A stretch of 64,000 nucleotides of DNA from Flaccisagitta enflata (lineage: Eukaryota), in assembly GCA_965153355.1 (NCBI GenBank), contig OZ231126.1, positions 2,418,001-2,482,000 of the forward strand, in the 5' to 3' direction. Positions 1 to 13,701 of this stretch are shown one piece after another. Within the stretch, counting starts at the first letter, position 1. The number at the start of each line of letters is the position of its first letter. The position numbers and the translations under genes were made by a program. Below the pieces are notes generated by a model. The model was not told where the DNA came from. It searched no databases and was given only the letters and a program-made list of their open reading frames with translations.

Positions 1-1999
1 ACTGTCCGTTGGTTGGTCTGTCTGTTTGTTGGTCATACTTGGATGAAAAACTGCTACGGTTGCCCTTATGGGCTTGTCTGTTCTATAACAAGGCATTTTT
101 TAGTTGTGGACACGCAACTCTAAAAGAGGCTTTGTCCGTCAGTCTGTCCGTTGGTCCATCAGTTCTTCAGTCCGCCTGTCAGCAGTCAGCAAGAATCGAA
201 AAGTGGGGAAATGCGCATATCCGACCCTGCCCACCCGTCCGCGACTGGTAGCCGTATTTCCGGCCTTGTTATATCATAGTTGGTGTTCGACATGACTGGA
301 ATAGAAGAAACATTGGAAATATAACATCTCTTACAGAATCTGTCTGAGCTAAATGACATTATTTAAGGGAGTGCTGATCACGTTTTTTGATCTTTTGCCA
401 AATTCAATACTCTAGCATTACAATGAAGAAGAGAGACTGGTAGATGGATGAATAATATACTTCCGTCGAGACTAAATACAAGTTTTTAGGAGTGAATTTT
501 TCACATTTCATTTTATTTTAACCCAGCTGCCAAAGACTTCGAGTTTTTCAAGTAGTAGTAGGACAGAGTAGCAAACAGAGTGACATTTATTTCATCTCCT
601 GATTTTTTGTTTTAAGGACTTCCACCATGTAGTCTTTATACGCGGTTAGATTCTCTGCATTAGTTTTGCGCGGCCGCCACATTTCAAGATTATCACTGGC
701 GTCTGTACTGAGGTATTGTTTCCGGGTAAGCGCCCAAATCCCAGGTATATCATAGCCGATTCAGGCTCAAAAATTTATGGTAGTTTTATGCCATAAATTT
801 ATGGGCAATAGGTACCAATAAATTTATGGAGTTTTTTTCCATAAATTTATGCGAAAAAACATATGAACCTTAAATGTCTTTAAATAGCATGAAAGACAAG
901 ACTGACTAAAATGACAAAAATGACTTTGAATGATTTAGAATGACCTTATTAATTGACTCTAAATTACATAAATGACAAAATAGACTAAAATGACCAAAAT
1001 GACTCAAGATGACTTAAAATGACTTGAAATCACTTAAAAAACCCTAAAACGACTTTGAAAAATAAGATTGATGAAAAGAGATAAAAAAAAAAATGTGATG
1101 GACCGCCCAACTGACCAACTAACAGATGGACAAAGCGAGATGTGAGTCGCGTGCACGCGACTAAAGATTTTTTCTTAAAATTAGAATCAATAGTTGGTAT
1201 TTTATTAATTATAATTTATATTTCAAGGTGGTTTTAATATACGTCAATCTTAAACTCAAATTGGAAAATGTATCAATATGACCAAGCACAATATTTGTTA
1301 TGTTTAGGATTTTTTTTATAGATTCACTTTAATTTGCTGAAAAAATTCTATTTTTTTTGTTTTAACACACCTTTATTTCCATCATCATGAAGATATATCC
1401 TTAACTGTATTTAACAAGGCCGGTTACATGGCTACCCTAGTCGCGCGCAGGTGGGCAGAAGAAGTGCTGGAGCTGTATGCTCCAAAAGCTCAAAAACGCC
1501 AAGTGTAATAGTCGCAAAAGCGTTAGATGCTCAGCGGTACCCATGCCCGGCTTAAGTAGGTTGTGGTCGAAGTGGAGGGGGGAGCAGGGCAGCGGTCCCG
1601 AAGGTGAGGCTGATGCTCTTATTGGAAAAAAGTCGAATTACGTAATTCGACTTTTTGAAACGTAGGGGAGAAATAAAGTTTTCCAGTTTTGGGTTGGGCT
1701 GATTTTCGGAAGTTGTGCCGTTTTGAAATTGCAATTATATTTTGATATTCTATAGCTAAGAAAGATCTATTTTCTCTTTCAAATGGCGCTAACCAAGTCT
1801 CTATGATCATTAGTTTTAGCGCTATGAATTTTTCAATCTTTTATTATTTTTCCGAATTTTTGCGAAAATCGATAATTTTCTTGATCCTATTTCAGAGCCA
1901 TATGTAACATGATAGATGAGTCAAGATGTTACACAAATTGACCCTAACTTTTATGACGCTGGCTTTTGCATTTTACTCTACTTTAGAGAGAGTAAGAGA

Positions 2000-2600
<601 letters not shown>

Positions 2601-2890
2601 ACAAAGGAAGACCAAAAAAGAGATACAGAGAAACAGATTGAATGACAAAAACAAGCAAGCAGTCAACCAGACATCATGAGATGCACATAGAAGAACATGC
2701 ACGGAAAAAAAAGTTTCCCATTTACGACTTTTTTCCGGTCGGCGAGAGCCGCCTTTATTGGTAAACAGTGTTCTTAGGCAAATTTCGAAGTGGAATATAT
2801 GTCCGTTGAGGTGGTTTTCCATCACTCTCGGATCCGGTCTAGCTGGGTGTAACTGTAGATCGGGCTTCCTTTGTAGGCGACTCGTGGGTT

Positions 2891-4623
2891 ATGGTAAATG
2901 CTAATGGACAATTTCTATTTTCTAGGGAATGTGTTCTAACAATGAACCTTGAATTAGATAATAGATAAAAATATTCTTGGTTTTTTTACAGGATGCTGCC
3001 CTTCCCGATCGGTCAAGTCGACTGGAGTCTATGGAGTCTAAAGAATCCTCTTCTTACATCGATGCGGAATTATGGAAGGCCGGCCGCAAGTGCCCTTCTG
3101 GTTGTCCGGGTCGTTGGCACAGCTCGGAAAGTTATGACGCACACTGCGTTACTTCGCATCACGTTCTGGCCGCGATCGCTCGCGAGGAGCGTGCGAATGT
3201 GGTAAGGAGGGCGTCTGCAATAATCGTCGATTTACACAAAATTCCGTCGGCGGAACCATCCAAAGGGCGATTTAAGGACGGGTACAAAACCAGTCCGGGG
3301 TTATGCGAAAGCGTGACGAAGCTTGATGAAAGTCCTCAATGTGATATGGCCACCGAGACATCTCGCACTATCGACTTAATAGAATGGCTCTCTTACCAAA
3401 TGCAATCATCAATGCAGGTGACCGAGATCAAGGTGAAAAATCTTTTCAATGGCCATGAGACCAACCTTTACGGAGTCATGGTTCAACTGATGACGTCCCT
3501 TGAATCGCTCGAGGGGCTCGTAGCCGTGGCCGAGTATTTAAAAGATTATTGGAAAAAGTCAAATACGGTTGGACGGGAGGTGAAAAAGAAGTTGCGTGCT
3601 CTGTGCGAAGCCATTTTAGCATACTCGCATAAATTGGAGGTGATCTTCACGTCGAAAGCCAAAGAGGGGGTTAGGAAAAGGAAGAAGAAAATGATGAGGC
3701 AAAAAAGAAAGATGTTGAACAGAAAACAGCGGGAATTCTGGGCGTTGCATCCTGATGCCGATGACCATTGTCAGTTTGTCTCCGAGGTTCAAGCTAAGCT
3801 GCTTGTTGTGATAGGTTGCATAGAGAAGCATCCCGGCCCTTTGCACGCAAAAGTGGAAGAGGACGTTCGTGCCTTTCTCGAGCTCATCCGCCAGAAATAT
3901 GACAAATGCGCTCGAAGACCTATCAAGGATAACCATGATCGCGAATATCATCTCAGTGATTTGCGCAACGCAATGGAGTTTCTCAACACGGTGATTCTCA
4001 TGGTTTTTCACAATAAGACGGAGAACGAGCTTCATGAAGAAGATAGAGAGCGAAAGCGAAGGAATAGAGAGCGAAAGCGAAGGAAACTTAAACCTCGTTT
4101 CAATCACAGCTGGGATCTTTCGGAAATCATATCCGACATTCGCCGGAAGAGCGAAAGAAGAGACCAAGAGTATAAGGAGCGTGCGGAGCAGTTAATCCGC
4201 ATTTTGAAAGAGATCTCTGACGACTTCAAAGAATTTCCGGTCAGGAGTCCCAACAAGATACGCGCACATCAAATTGACTTCGCGCAAGACCGGTTTTCCT
4301 CAGAACGTGCACTGCCTTTGCTGAAAAGCGCGTTTCACAAAGTCATGAAGTTTTACGATCTGAAGTTCCCAAATGAGGGGAATTTCAACTGCAGCAAATG
4401 CTTTTGCGTAAAGTGCAGCAGTCTGCGTGACAGAGCCAGGGAGCTTCACTTTGTGGTCGGTTCCCACCTAGAACAGAATGGATTGAGTGAGGAGGATTAT
4501 CAGCAATTGGTCCAATATTTTGAAAAAGCAAAGTCGATCGTGGATAGAGGAAGAAAGCGTGGGGGCAGGAGCGACAGAGGCTCTGAAAAGCGTCCACGGC
4601 GCGAATCGCGCGACAGGAGCTAG
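2891..4623 (+). CDS. Uncharacterised basic, probably nuclear protein with one C2H2-type zinc finger and a C-terminal CxxCxCxxC motif; probable structure ATG(2891-2893) + exon 2992-4623
   Basis: 1.6-kb stop-free, non-repetitive ORF that is GC-richer than its flanks. Polypyrimidine acceptor tttttttacag ends at 2991, and ATG|gtaaat at 2891-2899 gives a phase-0 98-nt intron. CPSGC-x12-H-x4-H motif, K/R-rich NLS-like tracts, CSKCFCVKC. The start model is inference. Confidence 0.7.
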
Positions 4624-6227
4624 GCTGCAAATTTGAACTCTTTCGAATTTACCCACATTCGTTCGTTCTACACTTGGCTGGTGACATTCCATTACGCTGG
4701 GTTTTTACGCATTTTCCTTCTAAATATCAATGCAATGATTTGTTTGGTGGCGGTTTTATTCCTGGAATCATTGTGCCTTAGATTTTGGATGGAGATTAGT
4801 TTTGACGATTATGTCGAGCGATTTAATCAGTGACTTCCAGTGATTTTGTGACAATCATTGCCGTTTTAACGTTCAAGTGATTTTTGTCCCCGACGAACAG
4901 TTTTCGTCGGTGACTATGAAGTAGCAGTGATGTGTAGTCTGTCTGTCGTTTGTCTGTTTAAAACCTTCTCATATTTTAGAACCAGACTTCAGAATTTTAT
5001 GAAACTTTGCTGGTGATGTTTATAGGTCAATAGGAGCTTGTGTACCAATTTTCAGAAAAATTCAATAACTTTTACTACCCTTTGCCTATTATTTTTATGG
5101 TAATATTTTTCTGGACTTAGGTGATTTTTTGGACATGTACTAAAACTTTTTTACCCTTCATGGTGACCTATCATCCCATGATATATCTTCTTTGAAGATG
5201 AAGGCCTTTTTCCCTTTGATCACTAAAAATCATAACCATAACCATATATAGTATAAATTCTCCTAAATCCCACCCCCCTAATTAGGATAAAGGGGCTCAA
5301 CTAGGGATATGGACACCTTGGTTCTCTTTTTTCAATTAGGTCAACTCTAACCAAAATTGGGCTGAGTTGATGGTCCCGATCAATGCCAGAAGACAGCTCT
5401 AACAACACCCTTTCCCTAAAATATTCATTATTTCTAAATAAAATATTTAGATATTTATTTTTAAGATAGGAAAATATGACACATTTAGTAAAAAGTATAT
5501 GCCTAAGGAATTTTGTTAGTGTTTCAAAAGACCACAGATTAGGTATGTATGTGTATGTAATGGAAGCTTACACTATATAAATGTCCATATCTTTTCCAAA
5601 TTTTGTTCAATTTCTGTTTCCTTTTGATTAATTGTATGAGTTTTATATAGGATAAATTGTTGCACAAGCCACATAGGTAGAGGGTAGTAAACGTATGTGA
5701 ATTTTTTTTTAATTTGGTATACAGGTAAGGGTCACTAAATAATCAGCCCCTGCAAAATTCGAATTAAATCTGAAGTCTGGTTCTTGAGATATTAGCTAAT
5801 TTCTGTAGTAATATGTTACTGGGACTTAGGCTATTTCTTATTTTGATAATTGTATGAGTTTTATATAGGATAAATTGTTGCACACATCACATAGGCAAAG
5901 GTTAGTAAAGTTAAGTGAGTTTTTTTTTTGATTTTGGGATTCAAATGAGATATTAAACAGCCCCACCTATAAAAATTCGAATTAAAAATCTGAAGTATGG
6001 TTTATCAGATATTAGCTTTATTGTAGTAATATGTTACCAGGACTTAGGCGATTAATATAGAAGGTTGGAGTTGATAAATTAATTTTTACCAACTCATTCA
6101 TTACCGTCCTTTTTTGTCTGGCTAAACAGTTTCGTTGGTGGACTATGGAGAGGAATGAACCTGATCAGTAAGTCTGTTTGTGAGTGAGTGAGGGGTGGGT
6201 GAGTGAGTGCGTTTAAGACCTTCTCAT

Positions 6228-6874
6228 TAGGGTGAACAAAAGTATGGTCAAATTCGAATTTCATCTTCCTCGTTGAGGCGGCGTGTCATTTCCATCACAG
6301 ATGACTTAAACCTAAAATCTGGTGATGATAAGATAAAGTTTACTCATGACCGCCACTCCCATTATATCCCCTAGAAATGCGTAGGAAGAATTCTGGTGCT
6401 TGTTCGGCCTATGTTTACAATGGGAAAAGGGGTTAATTGGCGGAGTGCATTCTGGGTGGAAGAATAGGGTGGTCCCGAAGTGGGTCAAATTTCATATATT
6501 GATATACTTGAGCCCTTTGCTCAAATGTCCAATAAAAGAAGGATTTCTAATAAGCTGTGGTGTGAAATCAATGAAGAAACCTTGTCGGTAAAACTATAGG
6601 GTTGCTATGAGTTTTTTATTGCCACGTGAAGCCTATAGTTTTGCCGCCATGGTTTAATCTTCAAATACAGACCTCTACTTGTGGGAAAACCTTCTTTTTT
6701 GGTACATTTATGCAAAAAACTAGAGTATATAATTTTTTGAAATTTGACCCTATTTCGTGACCACCCTAGCGGTCATGAGTAAATTTTATCTGATCATCAC
6801 AGATCGGAAGAGATATCTGTAGTGAAAATGGACATTCTCCCAGCTAAGTCGGATTTAACCATACTCGATCCCTA
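6228..6874. mobile_element. hAT-type MITE, with a second inverted-repeat element (~6465-6768) inside
   Basis: TAGGG...CCCTA termini with imperfect TIR; 8-bp TSD CTTCTCAT (6220-6227, 6875-6882); empty site seen in the sibling Helentron-like copy near 4965. Confidence 0.85.
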
Positions 6875-7499
6875 CTTCTCATATCTTTGGATCCAGACTT
6901 CAGTAGTTCATGAAACTTTACCAGTGTTATTATTATGTCAATGGGAGCTTGTGTACCAATTTTCAGAAAAATTCATAAACTTTTACTACCCTTTGCAAAA
7001 TTTTTTTTGTAGTAATATTTAGCTGGGACTTAGGTGGTTTACATAGGTAGAGGGTAGTAAAAGTATGTGAATTTTTTTTTAATTTGATATACAAGTAGAG
7101 GATAGTGAATAAAACACCCCTGCAAAATTCAAATTAAATCTGAAGCCTGGTTTACAAGATATTAGCTTATTTATGTAGTAATATATTACTAGGACTTGGG
7201 CAGTTTACGTAGGCAAAGGGTAGTAAAAGTTTATAAATTTTTTGTCCGCGACGGAATATCATTCCGACGCGGACTATAATCAAGGCGAAATTGGTGTCGT
7301 CGTTGTGGTGGGTACGTTGTCGACGGATTTTAAAATAATTAACTTTTATGCTTTGATCGATTTGGTTTAATATTTGGTGGGAAGTTGTACTAGGGTAGGC
7401 GCTTTACATCCTATCCGTTTTTATGATCACGACCAACCCAACCGGCCCAACCAGCCTACCAGTAAGCTTTCCTTAAAGATCTTTGATACGTTCTCTGAG

Positions 7500-8460
7500 G
7501 CCCTTTTCAACCAGTTTCAGTTGGTTGAAATTTGGTATGAGTCTCTAAATGGAAGGACTCAGTGTATGTAATTTATATGCATTTGAGCATTGCCTAACTT
7601 GGTCAAACCGACTGCACCACAACAGCCAGCATTTAAAGTGAAAAACTTGCATCGCTTTGGCGTTTTTTCGACTAATTTGGTTGAAACTTGGTATGGGGTC
7701 GCTAAGTGGAAGAACTCAACATATGCGCACTATTTATCCTGTTAAACCAGCCTACCACCCAACAGCCTTCCAGCCTAAAAGTGAAAAACGTGCATAACTT
7801 TGGCATTTTTCAAGCGATTTGGTTGAAATTTGGTATGGAATCTCTAAATTGGAAGGACTCAACGTGTTATTATGTGGTGTATATCCATTTGAGCATGCTA
7901 ACCGGCCAAACCGACCTACCACCCAACTAGCCAACCGGCTAAGTGAAAAAAAGCTTGTAACTGTCGTTTTCAATTAATTTGGTTGAAACTTGGTATAAGG
8001 TCTCTAAATGGAATGAGCCAGTATATATTTGCGATTCATAAAGATTTTATCATGCTAAATGGCCAAACTGGCCTACCACCTAACCAACTAGCCTACCAAC
8101 CAAAAAGTGATAAATATGCATATCTTTGGCGTTTTCAACCAATTTAGTTGAAATTTAGTGTGGAGTCTCTCAATGGAAGGACTCAACATGTATGTGATTT
8201 ATGTTTAGGCATGCTAACAGCCATACCAACTGCTGCAACCAGCTTCTGCGGCCTAAAAGTAAAAAACTTACATCAAATTGGACGTTTTTTGACCAAATTG
8301 GTTGAAACTTGGTATGGTGTCTTTAAATGCAGGCTACTTGTCTGTGTTTCTTTATTTAAACCAGCCTACCCAGGAAAAACCCTCTTATTATAAAGAAGTG
8401 AAAAACGTGCATAACTGTCATTTTTCAGCGGATTTGCATGAAACTTTGTATGGCGGCTGA
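7500..8460. repeat. Degenerate tandem repeat of roughly 140-170 bp (core GGTTGAAATTTGGTATGGAGTCTCTAAATGGAAGGACTCAAC)
   Basis: Core recurs near 7522, 7679, 7821, 7981, 8147, 8300. Confidence 0.8.
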
Positions 8461-9064
8461 ATGTAAAGACTTATAGTTTTGAAAGTGACTTACAGGGTTA
8501 GCGATCTTTTAGTCACGTAGCGATCTTCTGAGGTGGTGATCTTTAACCCCCTTCCGTCTGGACCCAGATACTGTTCAGATTTTTTTTTTAATTTTGGTAT
8601 ACAAGTAAGGTTAGTAAATGAACATTGAACAACCCCTGCAAAATTCAAATTAAATCTGAAGTCTGGTTTAGGAGATATTAGCTTATTTATGTAGTAACAT
8701 GTTACTAGGACTTAGGCAGTTTACATGGGCATAGGGTAGTAAAGTTATGTGAATTTTTTTTTTTAATTTGGTTAAGTAAAGGACATCAATTGAACAGCCC
8801 ATGCAAAATTCGATTTAAATCTGAATTCTGGTTTATGAGATATAAACATATTTATGTAGTAATATATTACTGCTGTGAGAGTGGGTGAATTGTTCATTGA
8901 GGAGATTCGCACTTTTCTCATTTACATATTGCGGACGACCATTTATTTGTTCAAAGATTTTTGTGTGATGCATTTATTAGTTAAATATTATTTTACATTC
9001 ACTCATGTTGTTGTTCAGCTTTATAGCAATTTCATTATTACGATTTAAATGATAAACAATTACT

Positions 9065-9475
9065 ACAGATCAGAGCGTATCAGAACGAGAGGCCCCCACT
9101 CTCAGGAAATATAACTGTAGCAGACCCCCTACAGCCCAGTATGTTGAAGCTAGGGGTATGATTGAGGTATCATTTGAAAGCCTATGAGAATACAAATGGC
9201 GCCATCAGAGGGTTTTTTGAATTTTGTTCACTAGCTCAATTTATAGCTCTTCGAAGTATCAAATTTAGCTTTTCTTAAATAACCCTAAAAAAGTCAATTT
9301 TTACACCTTTAAAGGGCTGTAATTTTAGTCAGGGCTCAAAACTTGAAAAACGCTCTGATTGCGCCATTTGTATTCTCACAAGCTTTCAAATGATGCCTCA
9401 AGCATACCTGGCTAACATACTGGGCAAAGATCTCTGAGCCTAGCAGCCTGTGTTCAGTGCAGCTCCTGACCTGTA
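9065..9475. mobile_element. Foldback-type MITE
   Basis: 9135-9230 is the reverse complement of ~9335-9425; degenerate TACAG..CTGTA ends. Confidence 0.65.
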
Positions 9476-9587
9476 ATTTAGTTGTAATTCCCAACGCTGA
9501 ACTGCTTATAGTATTCAGAAGATTTGCTCTTATCTAAGTTATACTTCATGGTAAAAGGTTTGCACAAAGAAAAAGAAGGTTTGCATG

Positions 9588-9666
<79 letters not shown>

Positions 9667-10195
9667 GTGTGAACGCGCACAGATACCCAGGGTGACACCT
9701 TCTAGTTTTAATGTTTGAGTGTGCCCAATCATAGATCCAGTTTTTTGTTTTTTTTTACTGTTTTAGACTTTTTTTGAAATTTTTTCAGCAATTTTTTTTT
9801 TTTTTTTAGAAAAAATTTTTTTTTTTTGCGTGTATCTTCTCGAGTCGCGTTTAAGCGACAAGAAAGCTTCAAAAATTACAGTCCCCAGTCGGGGACTGTA
9901 ATTTTGAAGCTTTTTTAAACTTTTTTAACCTTTTTTAAAATTTTTTTAAACCTTTTTACTTTTAAAATTCCACAAGAATTAAAAAAAGTTTTTAAAAATT
10001 TAAAAACTTTTTAGCTTTCCTACCCCTGTTTTTACAAAACTATTGACTTTGTTTACTCAATCACCTTTTAACCGTTTACAGGCACGATGTGATATGGAGA
10101 CATGTATTTAATCCAAGTTTGTTTTTAACACAATGAGAACTAGAATTTTAAAACCTATGAACTTAAGAGATGGAACTGTGTAGACAAATCTAGTT

Positions 10196-10388
10196 ATGGA
10201 TGCGCAGCGGAAACTCGATCGACTAGATCACTTTTCGCGACTTTTGCAAAAAACTATACTCATTCATCAAAATCCTGACACTGGACTGTTTCCGCCCAAC
10301 CCGGGAAATCCGCACGCCTGGATCAGAGATAACGTGTATACAACTCTCTCAATATGGGCACTTTCACGAGCTTTTACGAGGAATTCAG
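10196..10388 (+). CDS. PHKA: Phosphorylase b kinase regulatory subunit alpha, exon 1
   Basis: MDAQRK...HQNPDTGLFP...AWIRDNVY (alpha-type motif AWVRDNVY); ends AG|gtaaag, phase 1. Confidence 0.9.
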
Positions 10389-10556
10389 GTAAAGAATTTA
10401 GTAGTTAACTCTGGTAACTGTAAAGCAAATGAATTTTATTTATAGATTATAAATGAGAGTTCACTCTTAGTGTTGAGCAAGTAAATTTTACTTATAAATG
10501 AGAGGAGTGGTGGCGAATGGCGGCGATCTCAGTTTCAAAGTTTCCTATTTTCTCAG

Positions 10557-10617
10557 GAGCGGAGGAGGGGCGTCGCAAGACGCTTCAATCAGAAGAGGTC
10601 GTCATTGGGACCATGAG
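10557..10617 (+). CDS. PHKA: Phosphorylase kinase alpha, exon 2
   Basis: tttctcag| acceptor, AEEGRRKTLQSEEVVIGTMR, |gtgggt donor; phases 1->2 are consistent. Confidence 0.85.
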
Positions 10618-10733
10618 GTGGGTCGACGTCCGTAGATCGCCGTCTGATTTGGCATTGACTGATTTGATTATACTATTGTACTTTTGCCACTTACGTATGA
10701 TGTAAGCAAATTCCTATTTGCCTCCGTATGCAG

Positions 10734-10917
10734 GGGCCTTCTTCGTTCGATGGTGACCCAACGAGAGAAGTTGGAGCGGTTCAATCTCAGCCAGAACACA
10801 GCCGATGCTATCCACGCTAAATTCAGCGTGTCCACGGGCCTGGCCGTTCACGGCGATCACGACTGGGGACATCTGCAGATCGACGCTATCTCCATCTATC
10901 TTTTGATGCTCGCGCAG
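10734..10917 (+). CDS. PHKA: Phosphorylase kinase alpha, exon 3
   Basis: RGLLRSM...AIHAKFS...WGHLQIDAISIYLLMLAQ, conserved PhK motif; AG/GT boundaries, phases 2->0. Confidence 0.92.
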
Positions 10918-11138
10918 GTGATCAGCGTCTGAAGGGATAAGGATGGTTTGAAGTTTCTTTTCGACATTTTCAGTTGCGGACACGCAACTCCATAAGAAGT
11001 GTAGGTGGTCGATGAGGGGGCTGGGTCGTGGAAGGGGGATTGCATGCACCTGCCCACCCGTCCGCAACAATATGTAACCCCGGGTTCCTTGCTCTGAGGT
11101 TTACTGTACATACATCATCGATCTGCAACGTTACACAG

Positions 11139-11339
11139 ATGACAACATCCGGTTTGAAAATCATTCAATCCTTGGGAGAAGTCGCGTTTGTTCAAAATCT
11201 GGTGTTTTACATCGAATCCGCTTATCGTATTCCTGACTACGGCATTTGGGAGAGAGGGGACAAACTCAACAACGGCGTCACAGAACTCAACGCCTCTTCC
11301 ATCGGCATGGCCAAAGCAGCGCTCGAAGCCATCGATCAG
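11139..11339 (+). CDS. PHKA: Phosphorylase kinase alpha, exon 4
   Basis: MTTSGLKII...[26 protein letters not shown]...[17 protein letters not shown], the hallmark PhK GH15-like segment. Confidence 0.95.
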
Positions 11340-11591
11340 GTGAGCATTCTAAGCTTGGGCCATGGTTTCAGTGATTATCTTTGATAGCAACATCTGTCAT
11401 GGTCAATTCTTCACTCTAGCTTCGTCGGCCTTCTTTATGAATGGCGCTTACAATGTTACATGCATCGGTTTTAGCTGAACTTGTTTGGGTCAGCTGTGAT
11501 AGTTACGTAAATACTTCATCACTCTGTATCTTAGCTTTTGACGGCCTACTTGATGGATAGGGCCTACCAAACGTACATGTATCGGTTTCAG

Positions 11592-11709
11592 GTGAACCTG
11601 TTTGGGTCTCACGGTGGTCCCGCGTCGATCATTCATTCGTTGCCCGATCAATCTCAAAGATGCGACGCGATGTTGACGAACATGTTGCCGAGAGAATCGA
11701 ATTCCAAAG
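11592..11709 (+). CDS. PHKA: Phosphorylase kinase alpha, exon 5
   Basis: VNLFGSHGGPASIIH...MLPRESNSK; phases 0->1. Confidence 0.92.
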
Positions 11710-11849
11710 GTTCGCGCTCATCGTTCGAATCCGCATTGAAATTTTAGACTTGTTGAATTAAGTACACGTTTATATCTGGCGAGTCCAGCTCAGTGGACCT
11801 GATGATGGCATAACACTCACTCCAAGATAACTGATAACTATAGGTGGTG

Positions 11850-12027
11850 GTAGGGGAAAGTGGGTCACCTGGGGTAAAATGGGTCACCCAATTAATTCAG
11901 CCCTAGTATTAATGTCAGCATAATTACTGTTTTTATCAAAAAATACTTACGCTAAACCTCCCAAAATTTTCAAAATTGAAAAAAGTCGATGGCCCATTTT
12001 ACCTCAGGTGACCCATTTTACCCCACG
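11850..12027. mobile_element. Small MITE in PHKA intron 5
   Basis: GGGGAAAGTGGGTCACCTGGGGTAAAATGGGTCA inverted against TGGCCCATTTTACCTCAGGTGACCCATTTTACCCC. Confidence 0.7.
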
Positions 12028-12075
12028 AAACTGTCCATTTCACGTTTTCTCAATAGCTCGTTTCTCCTCTGGCAG

Positions 12076-12350
12076 AAACTGACGCTGCGTTATTGACGGT
12101 GATTGGTTTTCCGGCCTTCGCCGTCAGCGATAAGGATTTGATTCAAGAGACGAGATCGACCATCATCTCCAAGCTAGAAGGTCCCTTTGGCTTGTCGCGA
12201 TTCCTTCGCGATGGCTTCGGGACGGTGCTCGAGGATCCTCATAGACTTCATTACGAATCTTGGGAATTGGAAACGTTTGAAAACATCGAATCGGAATGGC
12301 CGCTCTTTTGGGCTCTTTTACTTATAGATGGCCTGTTTGACAACGATCAA
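12076..12350 (+). CDS. PHKA: Phosphorylase kinase alpha, exon 6
   Basis: ETDAALLTVIGFPAFAV...RFLRDG...FENIESEWPLF; ggcag| acceptor, |gtaagt donor, phases 1->0. Confidence 0.93.
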
Positions 12351-12531
12351 GTAAGTTGCCTTAGTTTTTAGGAGAGATTGCCAGTCGATCCGTCCGTTAT
12401 CGGAAAAGCTTTTCAATTGCGATTGTGGTTTTGGTATTACTACCCCCGCCTAACCTCACGCTTTTCTTTGGGATGCTATAGACAAAATACATGGAAGCAA
12501 GTTGGTTTAAAAAATAAGTCATTTGGTACAG

Positions 12532-12754
12532 GATCAAATCGACAAATACTGGCGACTGCTAAACAAGGTGATCTTGAACACCCCCGACGGATTAGTCATG
12601 CCCGAATTATACGTCGTGCCAAAAGAGAAAATCAATGAAGAAAAGAAAAGTCCTAAGTCGACCGTCAGAACGGCATCGGGAAAAATCCCTCATCTTTGGG
12701 GGCAAAGCCTTTTCATCGTCGGCAGCATGCTGAAGGAGGGCTTGATTTACCCAG
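12532..12754 (+). CDS. PHKA: Phosphorylase kinase alpha, exon 7 (last exon found; gene 3'-incomplete in window)
   Basis: DQIDKY...MPELYVVP...PHLWGQSLFIVGSMLKEGLIYPG|gttggt; no stop codon reached. Confidence 0.9.
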
Positions 12755-13701
12755 GTTGGTAAATTGACTCTCTTCAATTGACGGTATGTTTTCCCCCTCA
12801 TGTGCTCAAAACCTAGGTACCCGATCATTTTCGATTATTTTTATAATATTACTACCTAGAACATAAGAGATTTGGGATCTTTGATCCATTTTAGGGACCG
12901 CGAGTTCCGTTTATTTATCACCACTCAAAGGTGGTGGTGGTGAAAATGCTGAAATCTGGTCACTTTTGGCTCAAAATCGGGCCACTTTGGTTTTGAAATT
13001 TGACCCAAAATCCATGAGATTATAAAACTAGAGCTCAAGAGCTAACCAGTGGTGCAATCCGCATGTTGCTAACATTTTTTGTAAAGATTTGAGAGCTTTT
13101 CAAAGATGGAAGGGTATGAGGGTTTTTTACCAGATGAATTTGGTGGTCAATTTTGACATCTTTTACAATTTTTGATATATCTCCGCTTTGGATGAACAAA
13201 TTTAGATGGAATTGGTGACCAAATTGAAGAGTTTTTGATGCTCTAACTGAATCTGGTAAAAATTTTGATTGATATGATCCTCAAAATTTTGGGAGACTCT
13301 AGAAGTAAGTGCTAAAAAGTGAATTTTTTCACCATTTTTGCTACTTTGGTCAAAAAATTTGGGCACTTCCAAGATAGAAAAAGACAAAAAATTCATGGGC
13401 AAATTAAACTAGAGTTCAAGATCTAACCTGTGGTGCAATCGGCATGTCAATATGTTGAGGCATATAGATTTGGCAGAGCCTCAAAGATTGGTGGGTATGA
13501 TAAAATGACATTTTTTAGTCATTATGAGCCTAAAAGCTCTGCCAAATCTATGTGCTTCAACATATTGACATGCCAATTGCACCACTAGTTAGATCTTGAA
13601 CTGCTGTTTAATTTTCCCATGAATTTTTTGTCTTTTTCTATCTCGGAAGTGCCCAAACTGTTTTACCAAAGTAGCCAAAATGGTGAAAAAAATCACTTTT
13701 T

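Larger units (their letters stand above)
4886..9913 (+). mobile_element. Composite of non-autonomous Helentron/DINE-1-like elements (starts at ~4886, ~6117, ~7244) with nested MITEs
   Basis: 5' TTTTT-GTCCCCGACGAA..TTCGTCGGTGAC hairpin/subTIR followed by a (GTCT) microsatellite. Internal tandem repeats and (CA)n. 3' palindrome AAAGCTTCAAAAATTACAGTCCCC-agtc-GGGGACTGTAATTTTGAAGCTTT. T-run flanks, no TSD. Confidence 0.75.

Noticed and set aside
3616-4167. 183-aa antisense ORF
   Set aside because: Shadow of the long + strand ORF
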